A stretch of 64,000 nucleotides of DNA. It comes from Octopus sinensis. Lineage: Eukaryota. This document shows, one piece after another, positions 13,936-26,334 of this stretch (positions within the stretch are counted from its first letter, which is position 1; every line of letters starts with the position of its first letter). The notes under the pieces were generated by a model. That model saw only the letters and a list, made by a program, of their open reading frames with translations. It was not told the origin of the DNA and made no database searches. The DNA is taken from contig NC_043003.1 in the NCBI RefSeq assembly GCF_006345805.1, positions 16,306,001 to 16,370,000 on the forward strand, read 5' to 3'. The position numbers were made by a program, and so were the translations under genes.

Positions 13936-15036
13936 ATATATATTATATATATGTATGTATGTATATATACTCTTTACTCTTTTACTTGTTTCAGTCAGTT
14001 GACTCGGGCCATGCTGGATCACTGCTGGATCGAGCAAATCGACCCCAGGACATAAATCAACCCCGGGACACATAAATATATACATCTGTGTGTGTGACGG
14101 GCTTCTTTCGGTTTCCGTCTACCAAATCCACTCAAAAGGCTTTGGTCGGCCTGGGGCTATAGTAGAAGACATTTGCCCAAGGTGCCACGCAGTGGGACTG
14201 AACCTGGAACTATGTGGAAAGTTTGAAATGCTGACGTGATGATACGCCACGAATGGGAAATTCCACAAAGTGCTGGAAGCTTGATGATGCTTATTTTTTT
14301 ATTTTATTTTATGACTGATAGTTCGACAGCAAAAATGGCTCTGAATCAAAGCGATCCTGATGCTAATAATGATGATGAAGATGACATTGTGAACACAATA
14401 GGAAAGATGTCCATAGATGATAGTACGATGAAAATGTGCGATAGACTTATTAAAGGACGGGAACAGCTTGCATTCATAACAGAAAAAGAAATCAAATTCG
14501 TGTATAAAAATCAAAACGGAAAGAAACTGCGACGACGGAAAATATTAATGAAGCGGTGACATTGCAATGATACAGGCGTCATTGTTGCACTAATAAATAT
14601 AATGCTGACATTTTCCTTTTTATTCCTTTTCCCTTGGACTTTCCTATGTCTCCTGTTTCTGAAGAAAAGCGTTGGTGTCGAAATGTAAAACAAACATTCT
14701 CACGTTCCTTGAGCGTCTATTAATACTTTTTATGTACCACGTCCTCTCGTTGTTGTTTTTTTCTTGTGGTGGTTTTTCTTCCTTTTGTTAGTGGTCTAAT
14801 TATACACATATATATATATATATATAAATATATTATATATATATATATATAGATATATATATATATATATATATGTATGGATGTATATGCATATTTTATG
14901 TATATACATATTTATATATATGTATATATTTATGTATATACATATTTATGTATGTTATATATATCTGATATATGCATATATATTATGTATATATACATTA
15001 CATATCTATACATATATATATATATATATCTATATA

Positions 15037-15077
<41 letters not shown>

Positions 15078-15080
<3 letters not shown>

Positions 15081-16820
15081 ATTGATTGATTGATTGATTG
15101 ATTCTAGTTCAGCTTATGAGCTGTGGCCATGCTGGGGCACCGCCATTTGGTCTTGCTACTTGGTTTCACTTCATGGAGGCTTCTAGCAACTGCTATTTGG
15201 TGCATGAGAGAGTTCGATGCAGCTGCCCTCATCTGCCCCTCCTGCCGTGAAGTTGGTTCATCTGGGACACCTGACAGGAAGAGATCCAGCTTCATTTTAA
15301 AGACATCTGTATCCACCCCATGCAGGTCTCTCAGGTTCTTCGGGAGGATATTGAAGAGCTGTGGGCCTCGAAGCCCAGGCTATCACAGAATCTTGTCCTA
15401 CATCTTGATGGCAGGTTTGGAAGTCCTAGGCACCACGCAGTGGCGCCCAGTTCTGGCATTTGCGTAACTCGATGCCAAAGTTCAGGACACTTCCCTCCAG
15501 GATCTTCCAGATGTATATTATGCATATCTTTCCCGCCTACGCTCCAGGGAATATAATTTTAATCTCTTGAGTCTTTCCCAGTAGCTTACATTCTGCATAG
15601 AGGCTATCTTCTTTGTGTAGCTTCGTTGGATCGCCTCAAGTTCTGTGATCAACTTGACACTGGATGGTGACCATAGCTGAGAGCAATAGTCAAAGTGGCT
15701 TAGGACAAGTGTTTTCCAGAGGACCATCATGGTTTCTTGTTCTCTTGTTCTAAAGGTTCTAAGAATCCATCCAGCCAGCCGTCTACATTTCATTGTCAGT
15801 TTAGCAACATGTACATGAAAGGTCGCGTCATCACTCATGTGAATACCCAGGTCACGCACTGAATTGTGCCTCTGGGATTGCAATCCCTCCGGGTCCAGTG
15901 TATTCATTGGGTATTGCATTCAGTTTTGCATGCTGATAGTATAAAGCTTGAAACTTTCCAGCATTGAACTGCATGCTATTCTTTTCAGCCCACTTGTATA
16001 TTTCGTCCAGCTCACATTGCAGGTGTTTAGTGTCCTCAGGGTTCTGTATTGCCTGTGAAACTTTTGTATCATCTGCATAACTTGTGATCGTGGCTCTCTG
16101 CGTGGCTGAGGGCATGTCTGAGAGGGCCATTATGAACAGTAGTGGTCCCAGAACAGTGCCCTGCGGAACACCGCCCACTATTTGTGTGTTAATGGAGGTG
16201 GCCCCATTGGCTACTACCACCTGACTTCTATCCTTCAGAAAGTCATGAAGCCATTCTCCCAGTTTTCCAACTATGTTGAGATCACGCAGTTTGTGACATA
16301 TCATTCCATGATCGACTTTATCAAAGGCCTTTGCAAAGTCGAGATATATCACTTCCACATTTGAGTGGTTGAGCAGCAGCCGTTTCAGCACCCAGTCATA
16401 GTGTTGTAGGAGCTGAGTTAAACAGCTTCTCCCTGGTCGGAAACCATGTTGGGTTGTCAGGCAGCAAGTCATTCTCTTCAAGGAAGGTGATCAGCTTCCT
16501 TCTGACTATTCGTTCCATGACCTTGCTGATGTGTGAGGTCAGAGAGATAGGTCTATAGTTCTTGGCTTCCGCTCTGCTACCTCCTTTATGAATGGGGCAT
16601 ATTTTACCTTCCTTCAGTTTTCCTGGAAGTTTGCCAGCTGCAAGGAAGCTCTGAAAGAGGAACTGCAGTGGTCTTGCTAGGACTCTCTTACATGCTTTTA
16701 GGAGGATTGCCGGGAATCCATCGGGGCCAGTAGCTGAGTCTGTTTTCATTTCATCTATAGCCTTGGTTACATCGTCTTCCTTTATATCGATGTAATCTAT
16801 CGTCGCCGCCTCTGATTTTT
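15078..16820 (-). mobile_element. 5-prime-truncated CR1/L2-group non-LTR retrotransposon, frameshifted
   Basis: RT motifs over successive frames: GPDGFP, NYRPISLTS, QHGFR, YLDFAKAFDKV, GVPQGTVLGPLLF, YADD, LYSLERRRERY; (AATC)n tail; (TA)n on both sides. Confidence 0.93.
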
Positions 16821-17512
16821 ATATATATATATATACATATATGTATATGTATATATATGTATATATATATACATATATATATGTATATGTATATATGCAT
16901 ATATATATACATACATACATACATACATATATATATATATACACACACACCAGTAATTCTTTACTTATTTCCCACCGCTCACTCCTTTCTCTCTGTCCTC
17001 AGATATTCAGCATTTTATGAATTATTGTGCACGCTCTGATATTATATTTTCTAATATTTATCGATTGGATGAAACGATCGAAAGAGCGCAATTATGAACA
17101 ATTCAAGCATTAAAGTAGAGGTTAACATACCCCAGCATCCCAATCAATACACAAAATAATGGGTTTTTTAAAAAATCCAAACAGCAATACACGAATTCAG
17201 ATCTATCGCAAGAAGACATTTTCCGAAACAGCATGAGACACATCATTTTTAGCGATATACAACAGTGATAATTCTTCGAGTACAGTGTTTGGTTTTGATT
17301 CTTAAAATACATTTTTCTTTCAATGTAACTATGCAACGGAGATACAAACAGCCTTAGCGATATATAAACTCCTCTCCTCCTTTCTCTCTCTCTCTGATTT
17401 GTATCTTTATTTTTTCATCTCTTACTTGTTTCAGTCATTCGATTGTGGCCATGCTGGTGCACCGCCTTGAAAATTTTTGTGTACGTAGGTACGCCATATA
17501 TATATTATATAT

Positions 17513-17554
<42 letters not shown>

Positions 17555-17689
17555 TTATGTAGAAAAATACAAACTGGGACAAGAACGTAAAACATTTAGA
17601 AGACGATACAAAAAACACGGACGGGACATTCATATACATATATATATATATATATATAATATATATATATATTATATAGTTAATCCAAA

Positions 17690-17840
17690 CATGAAACCAC
17701 AAGAGAAATCCAACAACGCGAGGACGTGGAACAAGTATAGTGTTATTGGACGCTCAGGAAAGAAGGAAAGAGGGAGGGTTTAACGTTTCGAGCGGAGCTC
17801 TTCGTCAGAAACATAAGAAAAGGAAATATCCAAAGAAGGG
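17690..17840 (-). mobile_element. Penelope-like terminal-repeat fragment
   Basis: Contains a minimal hammerhead motif; embedded in (TA)n; class inferred from the ribozyme. Confidence 0.55.
17778..17812 (-). ncRNA. Minimal type I hammerhead ribozyme motif
   Basis: GUUU CUGACGA A GAGC-UCC-GCUC GAA ACGU U AAAC: intact core, 4-bp stems I and II, palindromic ACGU helix III. Confidence 0.75.
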
Positions 17841-17849
17841 ATATATATA

Positions 17850-18158
17850 TCACGTGATCACGTGACCGACCAGGCTATCAGATATAGCTACACATCACTG
17901 GTCACAATGCGCTTCGCATTGTTTTAGCCTTCAAATGACGCCACCCCGCTGGCTAAGCGAGCAGGCCAACAAAAGGATGTAAGAGAAAGTTGTGGCGAAA
18001 GAGTACAGCAGGGATCGCCACCACCCTCTGCCGGATCCTCGTGGAGCTTTAGGTGTTTTCGCTCAATAAACACTCGCAACGCCCGGTCTGGGAATCGAAA
18101 CCGCGATCCTACGACCGCGAGTCCGCTGGCTGCCCTAACCGCCGGGCCATTGCGCCTC
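17850..18158 (-). mobile_element. Family C SINE with a distinct 3-prime tail
   Basis: Head and body match 6611-6790; tail unrelated. Confidence 0.8.
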
Positions 18159-18739
18159 ACAAATACACACGCACACACACACCACACACACACACACCAC
18201 ACACACACACATATATATGTGTTAGTATTCATGAATGACGTATCTATGTAACACACTCCCTCCCCAAAACGCACACGCACACACACACACACACACACAC
18301 AGACTCGTACACACTCTCACGCAAAAACACACACACTCTCTCTCCCCCCGCACGCACACACACACGCACACACGCACACGCATACAAAGAAAGACATACG
18401 TACAGACATATTGAGATCGCGTTAATAATCTTTAAAAACATGAAAATGTATTAAGATAATGAAGACGTCCTTGAGATCTTCATTAATATAATTACAAAAT
18501 ACAGCAACTTCCGGTCAATTATCAAAATGACTTACAATTCTTGAGTAGTGTTTAAGATGTATTAAAGTTTCATATCAGTAAAACGAAACCAGATTTTTCC
18601 GGATGTTTATGTCCAGAATCTCTGCTGACCAAGTAGTTGTGTTCGATTGCGCATAACCCGTCACGTGGATTCTGCACATGACAGAATCCACGCGATGGGC
18701 TAAAAAGCTCGCTCCAGCTATAATTTTTTTTTTCATTCT

Positions 18740-19125
18740 AGGCACAAGGCCCCATATTTTTGGGGAGGGGGATCAATCGATGAGATCGACCCCAGTACGC
18801 AACTGGTACTTAATTCATCGACCCCGAAAGGATAAAAGGCAAAATCGACGTCAGTGGAATTTGAACTCAGAACATAAAGACAGACGAAATATCTATTTCT
18901 TTACTACCCACAAGGGGCTAAACACAGAGAGGACAAACAAGGACAGACAAACAGATTAAGTCGATTATATCGACTCCAGTGCGTAACTGGTACTTAGTTT
19001 ATCGACCCCGAAAGGATGAAAGGCAAAGTCGACCTCGGCGGAATTTGATCTCAGAACGTAGCGGCAGACGAAATACCGCTTAGTATTTCGCCCGGCGTGC
19101 TAACGATTCTGCCAGCTGGCCGCCT
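18740..19125 (-). mobile_element. Family B SINE dimer
   Basis: Two tandem core modules joined by the GACAGACAAAC/CACAAGGGGCTAAAC linker. Confidence 0.8.
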
Positions 19126-19374
19126 TTATATATAACTTGTTTGACATTCCATCTATTTTGCCCACCCACAGTCCTGAATATAACCGTACAAGTACCTGAC
19201 GGTACTTAGCGGTATTTCGTCCGTCTTTACGTTCTGAGTTTCAACTCTGCCGAGGTCGGCTTTGCCTTTCATCCTTTCAGAGTCGATAAATTAAGTACCA
19301 GTTGCGTACTGGGGTCGATGTAATCGACTATCCTCCTTATCAAATTTTCAGGCATTGTGCCTATAATAGAAAGG

Positions 19375-19410
<36 letters not shown>

Positions 19411-19849
19411 GAGTGAGAGAGCAGTGCATGCCATCAAAGTGACACTGGGGTAAAATATACGAAGCCCAATATACCCATCATGACTACCCGTCTGATAAAG
19501 GTACACCAGGCACATGCATCACAACCATATGTGCGCGACATGGTGATCTCATATCAAGATAAACAGCACATGACCTTGCAGGTGGGGCCCAGCTAGAATT
19601 TTCTTCAGGTTGAGTAGCCCATCCCGCTCAAAAGGTCCCTGAATACGGGTTGTTTAAGGATGTTGAAAGAACCACCCATGTTTCCAGAGGTGAATTATTC
19701 AAACCCCAAAGAATCCCTCTCAACACATGGCTATGATGCTCCCCCACTACTTCTGCTCGTGATCAGAGATGCACATATTGTCAGCCACTAAGGAACATGC
19801 TCAACTGGTTAAGGTCAAACAATTGACAAGCAAATCTGTGGTATTGAGC
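19411..19849 (-). mobile_element. Unclassified interspersed repeat inside an (ATT)n tract, possibly the 3-prime end of a TAA-targeting retroelement
   Basis: GC-richer 439-bp block flanked directly by (ATT)n on both sides; class inferred only. Confidence 0.45.
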
Positions 19850-19912
<63 letters not shown>

Positions 19913-19917
19913 CATTA

Positions 19918-19966
<49 letters not shown>
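19850..19966. repeat. (ATT)n microsatellite
   Basis: Direct inspection. Confidence 0.95.
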
Positions 19967-20424
19967 GGGCGGTGAGCTGGGAGAATCGTTTGCACACTAG
20001 ACAAAATGGTTAGCGGTGTTCCACCCGTCGCTAAGTTCCGAGTTCAAATTCGGCCGAGGTCGACTTTGCCTTTCATCCTTGCGTTCGGATACTCTTATGC
20101 TCTATATCTTCTGGTTAAACACTAAGGAATATTTTGTGAAGACGAATATATATTCCAGAAAGTGCTTCAATTCATGAATTTCGCAAAACCACCATATTTT
20201 CACATTTAACAATAAAAATCTAATAAGCTCATATATTTCTGCTTAAATTATTTTTATGTTCAACGTTGTTAACATATAACGGATCACTCGTACTTGCTCA
20301 CGTTCGCATATATAACACACGTTCGCATACAAAGGTGCATGTGTAGCAATGTTTGTGTGCAAGTGTAAATGTAAGCATGCGCGAGTGTGTGTACATGATA
20401 TATATATGTGCGTGTGTGCGCGGT

Positions 20425-20457
<33 letters not shown>

Positions 20458-20889
20458 GAAGGTAGACAGAATATGTATTTCTTTGCAAACCAAGCACATG
20501 ATCTTAAAAAGGATTGTAACTTATTATTTAAAAGCCAGGGGCCAACATAGATTCTCCTCCGTACATGATATGCATCTTCAGGTTAAAAAACTCTTTTGCT
20601 TTGCTTATTCTTTTTACCAAAATGTTAGAAACGAGTATTCGATCAATTTTAAGTTTAGTAATGTCATTTTCTTCCGCTTTTAGTTTTTTCGTCTAGTTAA
20701 AACAGAAATGCTTTATGTTTCGCTCTCGACAACGTTTCTTGGTTCCGGACAACATCCTTAACATGATATATGCTTAACTGTAAAAACTGACGTTAAAACT
20801 CTCATTGGATACATCTAGAATTTAGTTGTCATGATGATGCATCCGATTTGTAATTTACGACCATTATCATTATTATTATTATTATTAAA

Positions 20890-21450
20890 GCGGCGAGCTG
20901 GCAGAAAGGTTAGTACGCCGGGCGAAATGCGTAGCCGTATTTCGTCCGTCGTTACGTTCTGAGTTCAAATTCCGCCGAGGTCGACTTTGCCATTCATCCT
21001 TTCGGGGTCGATAAATTAAACACCAGTTACGCACTGGGGTCGATATAATCGACTTAATCCGTATGTCTGTCCTTGTTTGTCCTATCTGTGTTTAGCCCCT
21101 TGTGGGTAGTAAAGAAATAGGTATTTCGTCTGTCTTTACGTTCTGAATTCAAATTCCGCCGAGGTCGACTTTGCCTTTCATCCTTTCGGGGTCGATTAAA
21201 TAAGTACCAGCTACGCACTGGAGTCAATATAATCGACTTAATCCGTTTGTCTGTCCTTGTTTGTCCCCTCTGTGTTTAGCTCCTTGTGGATAGTAAAGAA
21301 ACAGGTATTTCGTCTGCCGCTACGTTCTGAGTTCAAATTCTGCCGAGGTCAACTTAATTAAGTACCTGTTGAGTACTAGGGCCGATGTAATCGACTACCC
21401 CCCTCTCCCTCGAATTTCAGACCTTGTGCCTATAGTAGAAAGGATTATTA
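20890..21450 (+). mobile_element. Family B SINE trimer
   Basis: Three ~184-bp modules, each with TTACGTTCTGAGTTCAAATTC.GCCGAGGTC. Confidence 0.8.
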
Positions 21451-21845
21451 GTATTTATTTATTATCATGCTTTTTTGCGGTTTAGCGGTTCAGCCACAAG
21501 TAGGGAGATAACACTTAAGTTGTTTTCTCTCTTTGTTTTTTATCTTTGATAGGGTTTCCGAGACTGAAAGAGAAAGAGGGAGAAACAACAAGCCATGATT
21601 TGCTTGGCTTCTATAGAAAGCAAAGTATTATGGTATCGAGTTATGCTCAAATACGAAACACAGTTGCGGGCTTGGCTGTGTTGCGAAGAAGCACGCTTTG
21701 CAACCACATGGAATCGGGTTCAGTCCCACTGTGCAGCAAATTTGAAAAATGCTTTCTAGCATAGTCCCGGACCGATCAATGCTTTGTGAATGAATCTGGA
21801 AGAAAGAAACTGTAGAATCCCCTAATTAATATATATATATATATC

Positions 21846-21904
<59 letters not shown>

Positions 21905-22851
21905 TGTGTGTGTGTGTGTGTCTTTGTATGTGTGTCTTTGTGGTTGTGCTTATACGCCGTTACACCGCTTGACAACCGGTATTGGCTTGTTTACGTCCTT
22001 GTAACTTAGCATTTCAGTAAAAGAGACCGAAAGGATAAGCACCCAACTAAAAGCCTCAAAAAAACAAAAACAAATAAATAAATGTAATGGGGGTCTATAG
22101 GTTCGACTAAGCCTTTCAAGATGGTGCCCCAGCATGGCCGCAGTCCAATGACAGATACAAATAAAAATAACAGATAAACGAAAGAATGCGTGTAGCTGAG
22201 AGGCCGGCCCCATCCCTCCATTAAGAACACCAAAGGACCAGCGAATGACGTTAAGCTGGATGACGAAAGCATGATGGCATATTTTGCCACTTAAATTCCC
22301 ATATTCTAAATAATATATTTTCTTAAATCAAACGGCAGATATCAAAGAAAAAGAAAGCGGGTTAATCCTTAAGTAACGTCAACGAACGCTGGTGAGAAAA
22401 TACTGTTCAAGGACGGCCTTGGAAGGGGCTTAATTCTTCTTCTCAATGACTTGAGGCAGAAGATTAACAAGACCACTTGTTAACAAACAAACCTCGGCCG
22501 GTGATAACTGTCGTTGTTACAATTATCAGTAAGCGACTACGTGACAAACCTCGCAGTGACTAACTGCAAACGCACTTTTGGTATTGTCGTGATTGTTCTC
22601 AGGTAAAAGATTATAACACCATGGCCAGGGGTTGTATTCCATGCGATAACCCAATTCCACAATATTTGGCAAGGGACAAACTTAATAATGACGTCAAAAC
22701 GTACTCTTGCTTTTGGAGGTTGTAGTGAATTGCTCAAATATATATTTTTTGCTCAACACTGATGAGCTAAGAATTAACAAGACCATATAAAGGTTTCAAC
22801 CGGCGATAATGTAATACTTGCTGCTATTTGCCGAAACGTTCGTATGATATA

Positions 22852-23082
22852 CTAGCAGTATCGCCCGGCGTTGCTCGGGTTTGTAAGGGAAATAACTATA
22901 TAAGCATTTTTAGAGAGTTATAGCCAAAAATAGCAAAAAATGCATTAAAAATGGAAAAGAAATTATGGTAAATTTTTTTTGAAATCGTTGACTCATCGTA
23001 GACATTTTTAGAGAGTTACTTCCCTTATATAATAGCGAAAAAATGCATTAAAATGGAAAAAAAATGATGGTAATTTTTTTTT
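22852..23082 (-). mobile_element. Truncated Helitron, same family as 10177-10652
   Basis: Plus strand begins CTAGCAGTATCGCCCGGCGTTGCTCGGG (reverse complement of the 3-prime end) followed by the same internal repeat. Confidence 0.8.
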
Positions 23083-23100
23083 GACCTACAACGAGTGTAT

Positions 23101-23421
23101 TATTCTTTTGTAAGCCCAGTACTTATTCTATCGGTCTCTTTTGCCGAACCGCTAAGTAACGGGGACGTAAACACACCAGCATCGGTTGTCAAGCAATGCT
23201 AGGGGAACAAACACAAACACACAAACAAACACACGCATATATAAATATACATATATACGACGGGCTTCTTTCAGTTTCCGTCTACCAAATCCACTCACAA
23301 GGCTTTGGTCGGCCCGAGGCTATAGTAGAAGACACTTGCGCAAGGTGCCACGCAGTGGGACTGAACCCGGAACCATGTGGTTTGTAAACAAGCTACTTAC
23401 CACACAGCCACTCCTGCGCCT
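23101..23421 (-). mobile_element. Family A SINE, tail missing
   Basis: Matches the family consensus seen in the window. Confidence 0.85.
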
Positions 23422-23996
23422 GCGTATTTGTTTGTAAGAATGAATACATGCATGAGTCTAGGAATTATGTGACGGGTGCATGTGTGTGTGTGCCTGTGTA
23501 CAAACTCGTACACGCACGCATTCTCACACAGACGGTTTCAAACTCTGGCATAAGAAGAGCAATTTTAGGAAGGGACTAAGTCGGTTATATCGATCTCATT
23601 ACTTGTCGAGTAGTTATTTTGTCGACAAAGGATGAAAGGCTAAGAATTTTCTCCGACGTGCTAGCGATTTCATAAACTCACTACCTTACACACCACACAC
23701 ACACAGGCATGCGCGCGCGCACAGTTTTTCTCTTTTGACAAACTATGTTACTTCGGTTGTCTATCTATCTATCTATCAGTTTTATATATATATACACACG
23801 GTTCCGGGTTCAGTCCCACTGCGTGGCACCTTGGGCAAGTGTCTTCTACTATAGCCTCGGGCCGACCAAAGCCTTGTGAGTGGATTTGGTAGACGGAAAC
23901 TGAAAGCCCAGTACTTATTCTATCGGTCTCTTTTGCCAAACCGCTAAGTGACGGGGACATAAACACACCAGCATCGGGGGACAAACACAGACACTG

Positions 23997-24027
<31 letters not shown>

Positions 24028-25416
24028 TACGACAGGCTTCTTTCAGTTTCCGTCTACCAAATTGGTCGGCCCGGGGCTATAGCAGAAGACACTTGATGCC
24101 ACTCAGTGGGACTGAACCCGGAACCATGTGGTTGGTTAGCAAGCTACTTACCACACAACCACTCCTGGGCCTATATGTTTAGATATATATAATATATATA
24201 TATATGTGTGTGTGTGTCTGTATACGAACATATGTATGTTATACTCATACACAACACATACATGTATACTTGTATATAATGTAATAAAAGTTTTACGTAG
24301 AGAAAGAGAGAGAAAGAGAGAAAGAAAGAGAGAGAGAGAAAGAGAATGAGAGAGAAAGAGATCTGTCGGTTATAACGAACAAGACAAGGAGTACACAATA
24401 CAAATTTAGAGTGCAATATTTAATTTAATCCGATCCAGTGTCCTGTTATTCAGGAATCGTCTGCACCTCAGTGAAACTCTATAACAACTGACAACTGGAC
24501 CGATCTACACACACACACACACACACATTTGTGTGTTTCTGTGTTTCCGCATTATGTTTATATTAATGTAACAGTACTGAAAAAAAAAGAAACAAGGTAA
24601 GTAAATACACGTAGGTGCGAACCAAGGTATATAATTAAAAAAAAAAAAAGAAATCACAAAAGTATTTGAATGAATTAAAAACAAGCGAAGCGAACCTCTG
24701 AGTTTGTAAGTCCAGTGTGTAGAAGAAGCAGGAATCTCGGTAGTAAAGTCCGATTCTGTCAGTCTATATCGGTTGAGCAGTAAAGTGGAGATTCTCTTAT
24801 TCTTGCAGACGTTCTCATATTTAAGCTTTTTACTCATTCTCAGAAGTCCCATTTGCTCTTATGCGTTTTCGTTTTTGATATTGTCTTCTTCCTATAATAC
24901 TTTATTGCTACTACTACTACTACTACTACTACTACTGTTGTTGTTGTTGCTACTGCTGATGTTGCCACTTAACCTAAGAGATTATGTGGAGGTAACAGTT
25001 GTTGGGTGATGTTGCTGGTTGTGATGATATTAGTGGTGGTAGTGGTGGTGGTAGTACTTGCGTAGAACCTAAGATATTTCTCGTAAGCAGATGTGCTTCT
25101 CAGTGGGTATAGCTTTATCTTTTTCTTTGTTTTGTGTATTTTGTTGTTTTTTTTTCCCATTTACATTTTGTTTTTGTTTTGTTCTGTTTGAAGATAAGCG
25201 GAAAGCCAGTGGTGAAGGATAACTGTTAGTCCACGTGAATGAATGAATGCTTTTGCAGTTGTATCATTATAAACGTTGTTTTTTATTATTTAGCCCCCAG
25301 GTCGAACTCAATTAAGGGCAATCGAGTCGTGACCATCACGTTTTATTTTCAAAACCAGTGTTATTTTATTTATAGTACTACATTCACCAAAAGCTTCTTT
25401 TCATTTCTTAAACATA

Positions 25417-25833
25417 GGCGCAGGTGTGGCTGTGTGGTAAGTAGCTGCTTAGCAACCACATGGTTACGGGTTCAATGCAACTGCGTGGCACCTTGGGCAA
25501 GTATCTGCTACTATAGCGTCAGGCCGACCAAAGCTTTGTGAGTGGATTAGGTAGATGGAAACTGAAAGAAGCCCGTCGTATATATATATAATATATATAT
25601 ATTATATATATATATATATCGTGTGTTGTGTGGTGTGTGTGTGTGTTTGTCCTCCCAACATCGCTTGAGAACCGATTGCGGTGTGTTTACGTCCCCGTAA
25701 CTTAGCGGTTCGGCAAAATAGACCAATAGAATAAGTACTAGGCTTACGAAGAATAAGTCCTGGGGTCGGTTTGCTCGACTAAAGGCGTTGCTCCAGCATG
25801 GTCTCAGTCAAATGACTGAAACAAATTAAAGAA
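25417..25833 (+). mobile_element. Full-length family A SINE
   Basis: GGCGCAGG head to CAGTCAAATGACTGAAAC tail. Confidence 0.87.
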
Positions 25834-25962
25834 TAGTGATATCTGATTCGAAGACATATTTGCGTGAATTAGTATTAGTAAAGTTTGCAACTTTAGGCGT
25901 AAAGCCAGCATTTTTTAAGGGAAGGGCTAACTTGATGCCATCGTCCCCAGTACTTGGCTAGT

Positions 25963-26334
25963 ACTCTCTTTACTCTTTTACTCTTTAATCGAGCAACTCG
26001 ACCCCGGGACTTATACTTTTGTAAGCCCAGTACTTATTCTATCGGTCTCTTTTGGCGAACCGCTAAGTTACGGGGACATAAACACACCAGCATCGGCTGT
26101 CAAGCAATGCTACGGGGACAAACACAGACACACAAACACACACACGCATACATATATATACATATATACGATGGGCTTCTTTCAGTTTCCGTCTACCAAA
26201 TCCACTCACAAGGCTTTGGTCGGCCCGAGGCTATAGTAGAAAACACGTGCCCAAGGTGCCACACAGTGGGACTAAACCCGGAACCATGTAGTTGGTAAAC
26301 AAGCTACCTACCACACAGCCACGCCTGCGCCTAT
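25963..26334 (-). mobile_element. Family A SINE forming the left boundary of the array
   Basis: Same orientation as the SINE ending each unit, but with private substitutions and a tail deletion. Confidence 0.85.

Noticed and set aside
22759-22842. CTGATGAG ... GCCGAAACGTT resembling a hammerhead on the plus strand
   Set aside because: No stem II closing next to the core and no convincing stem I
23081-23096. 16-bp match TGACCTACAACGAGTG to a sequence in each array unit
   Set aside because: About one match of this length is expected by chance in a window of this size
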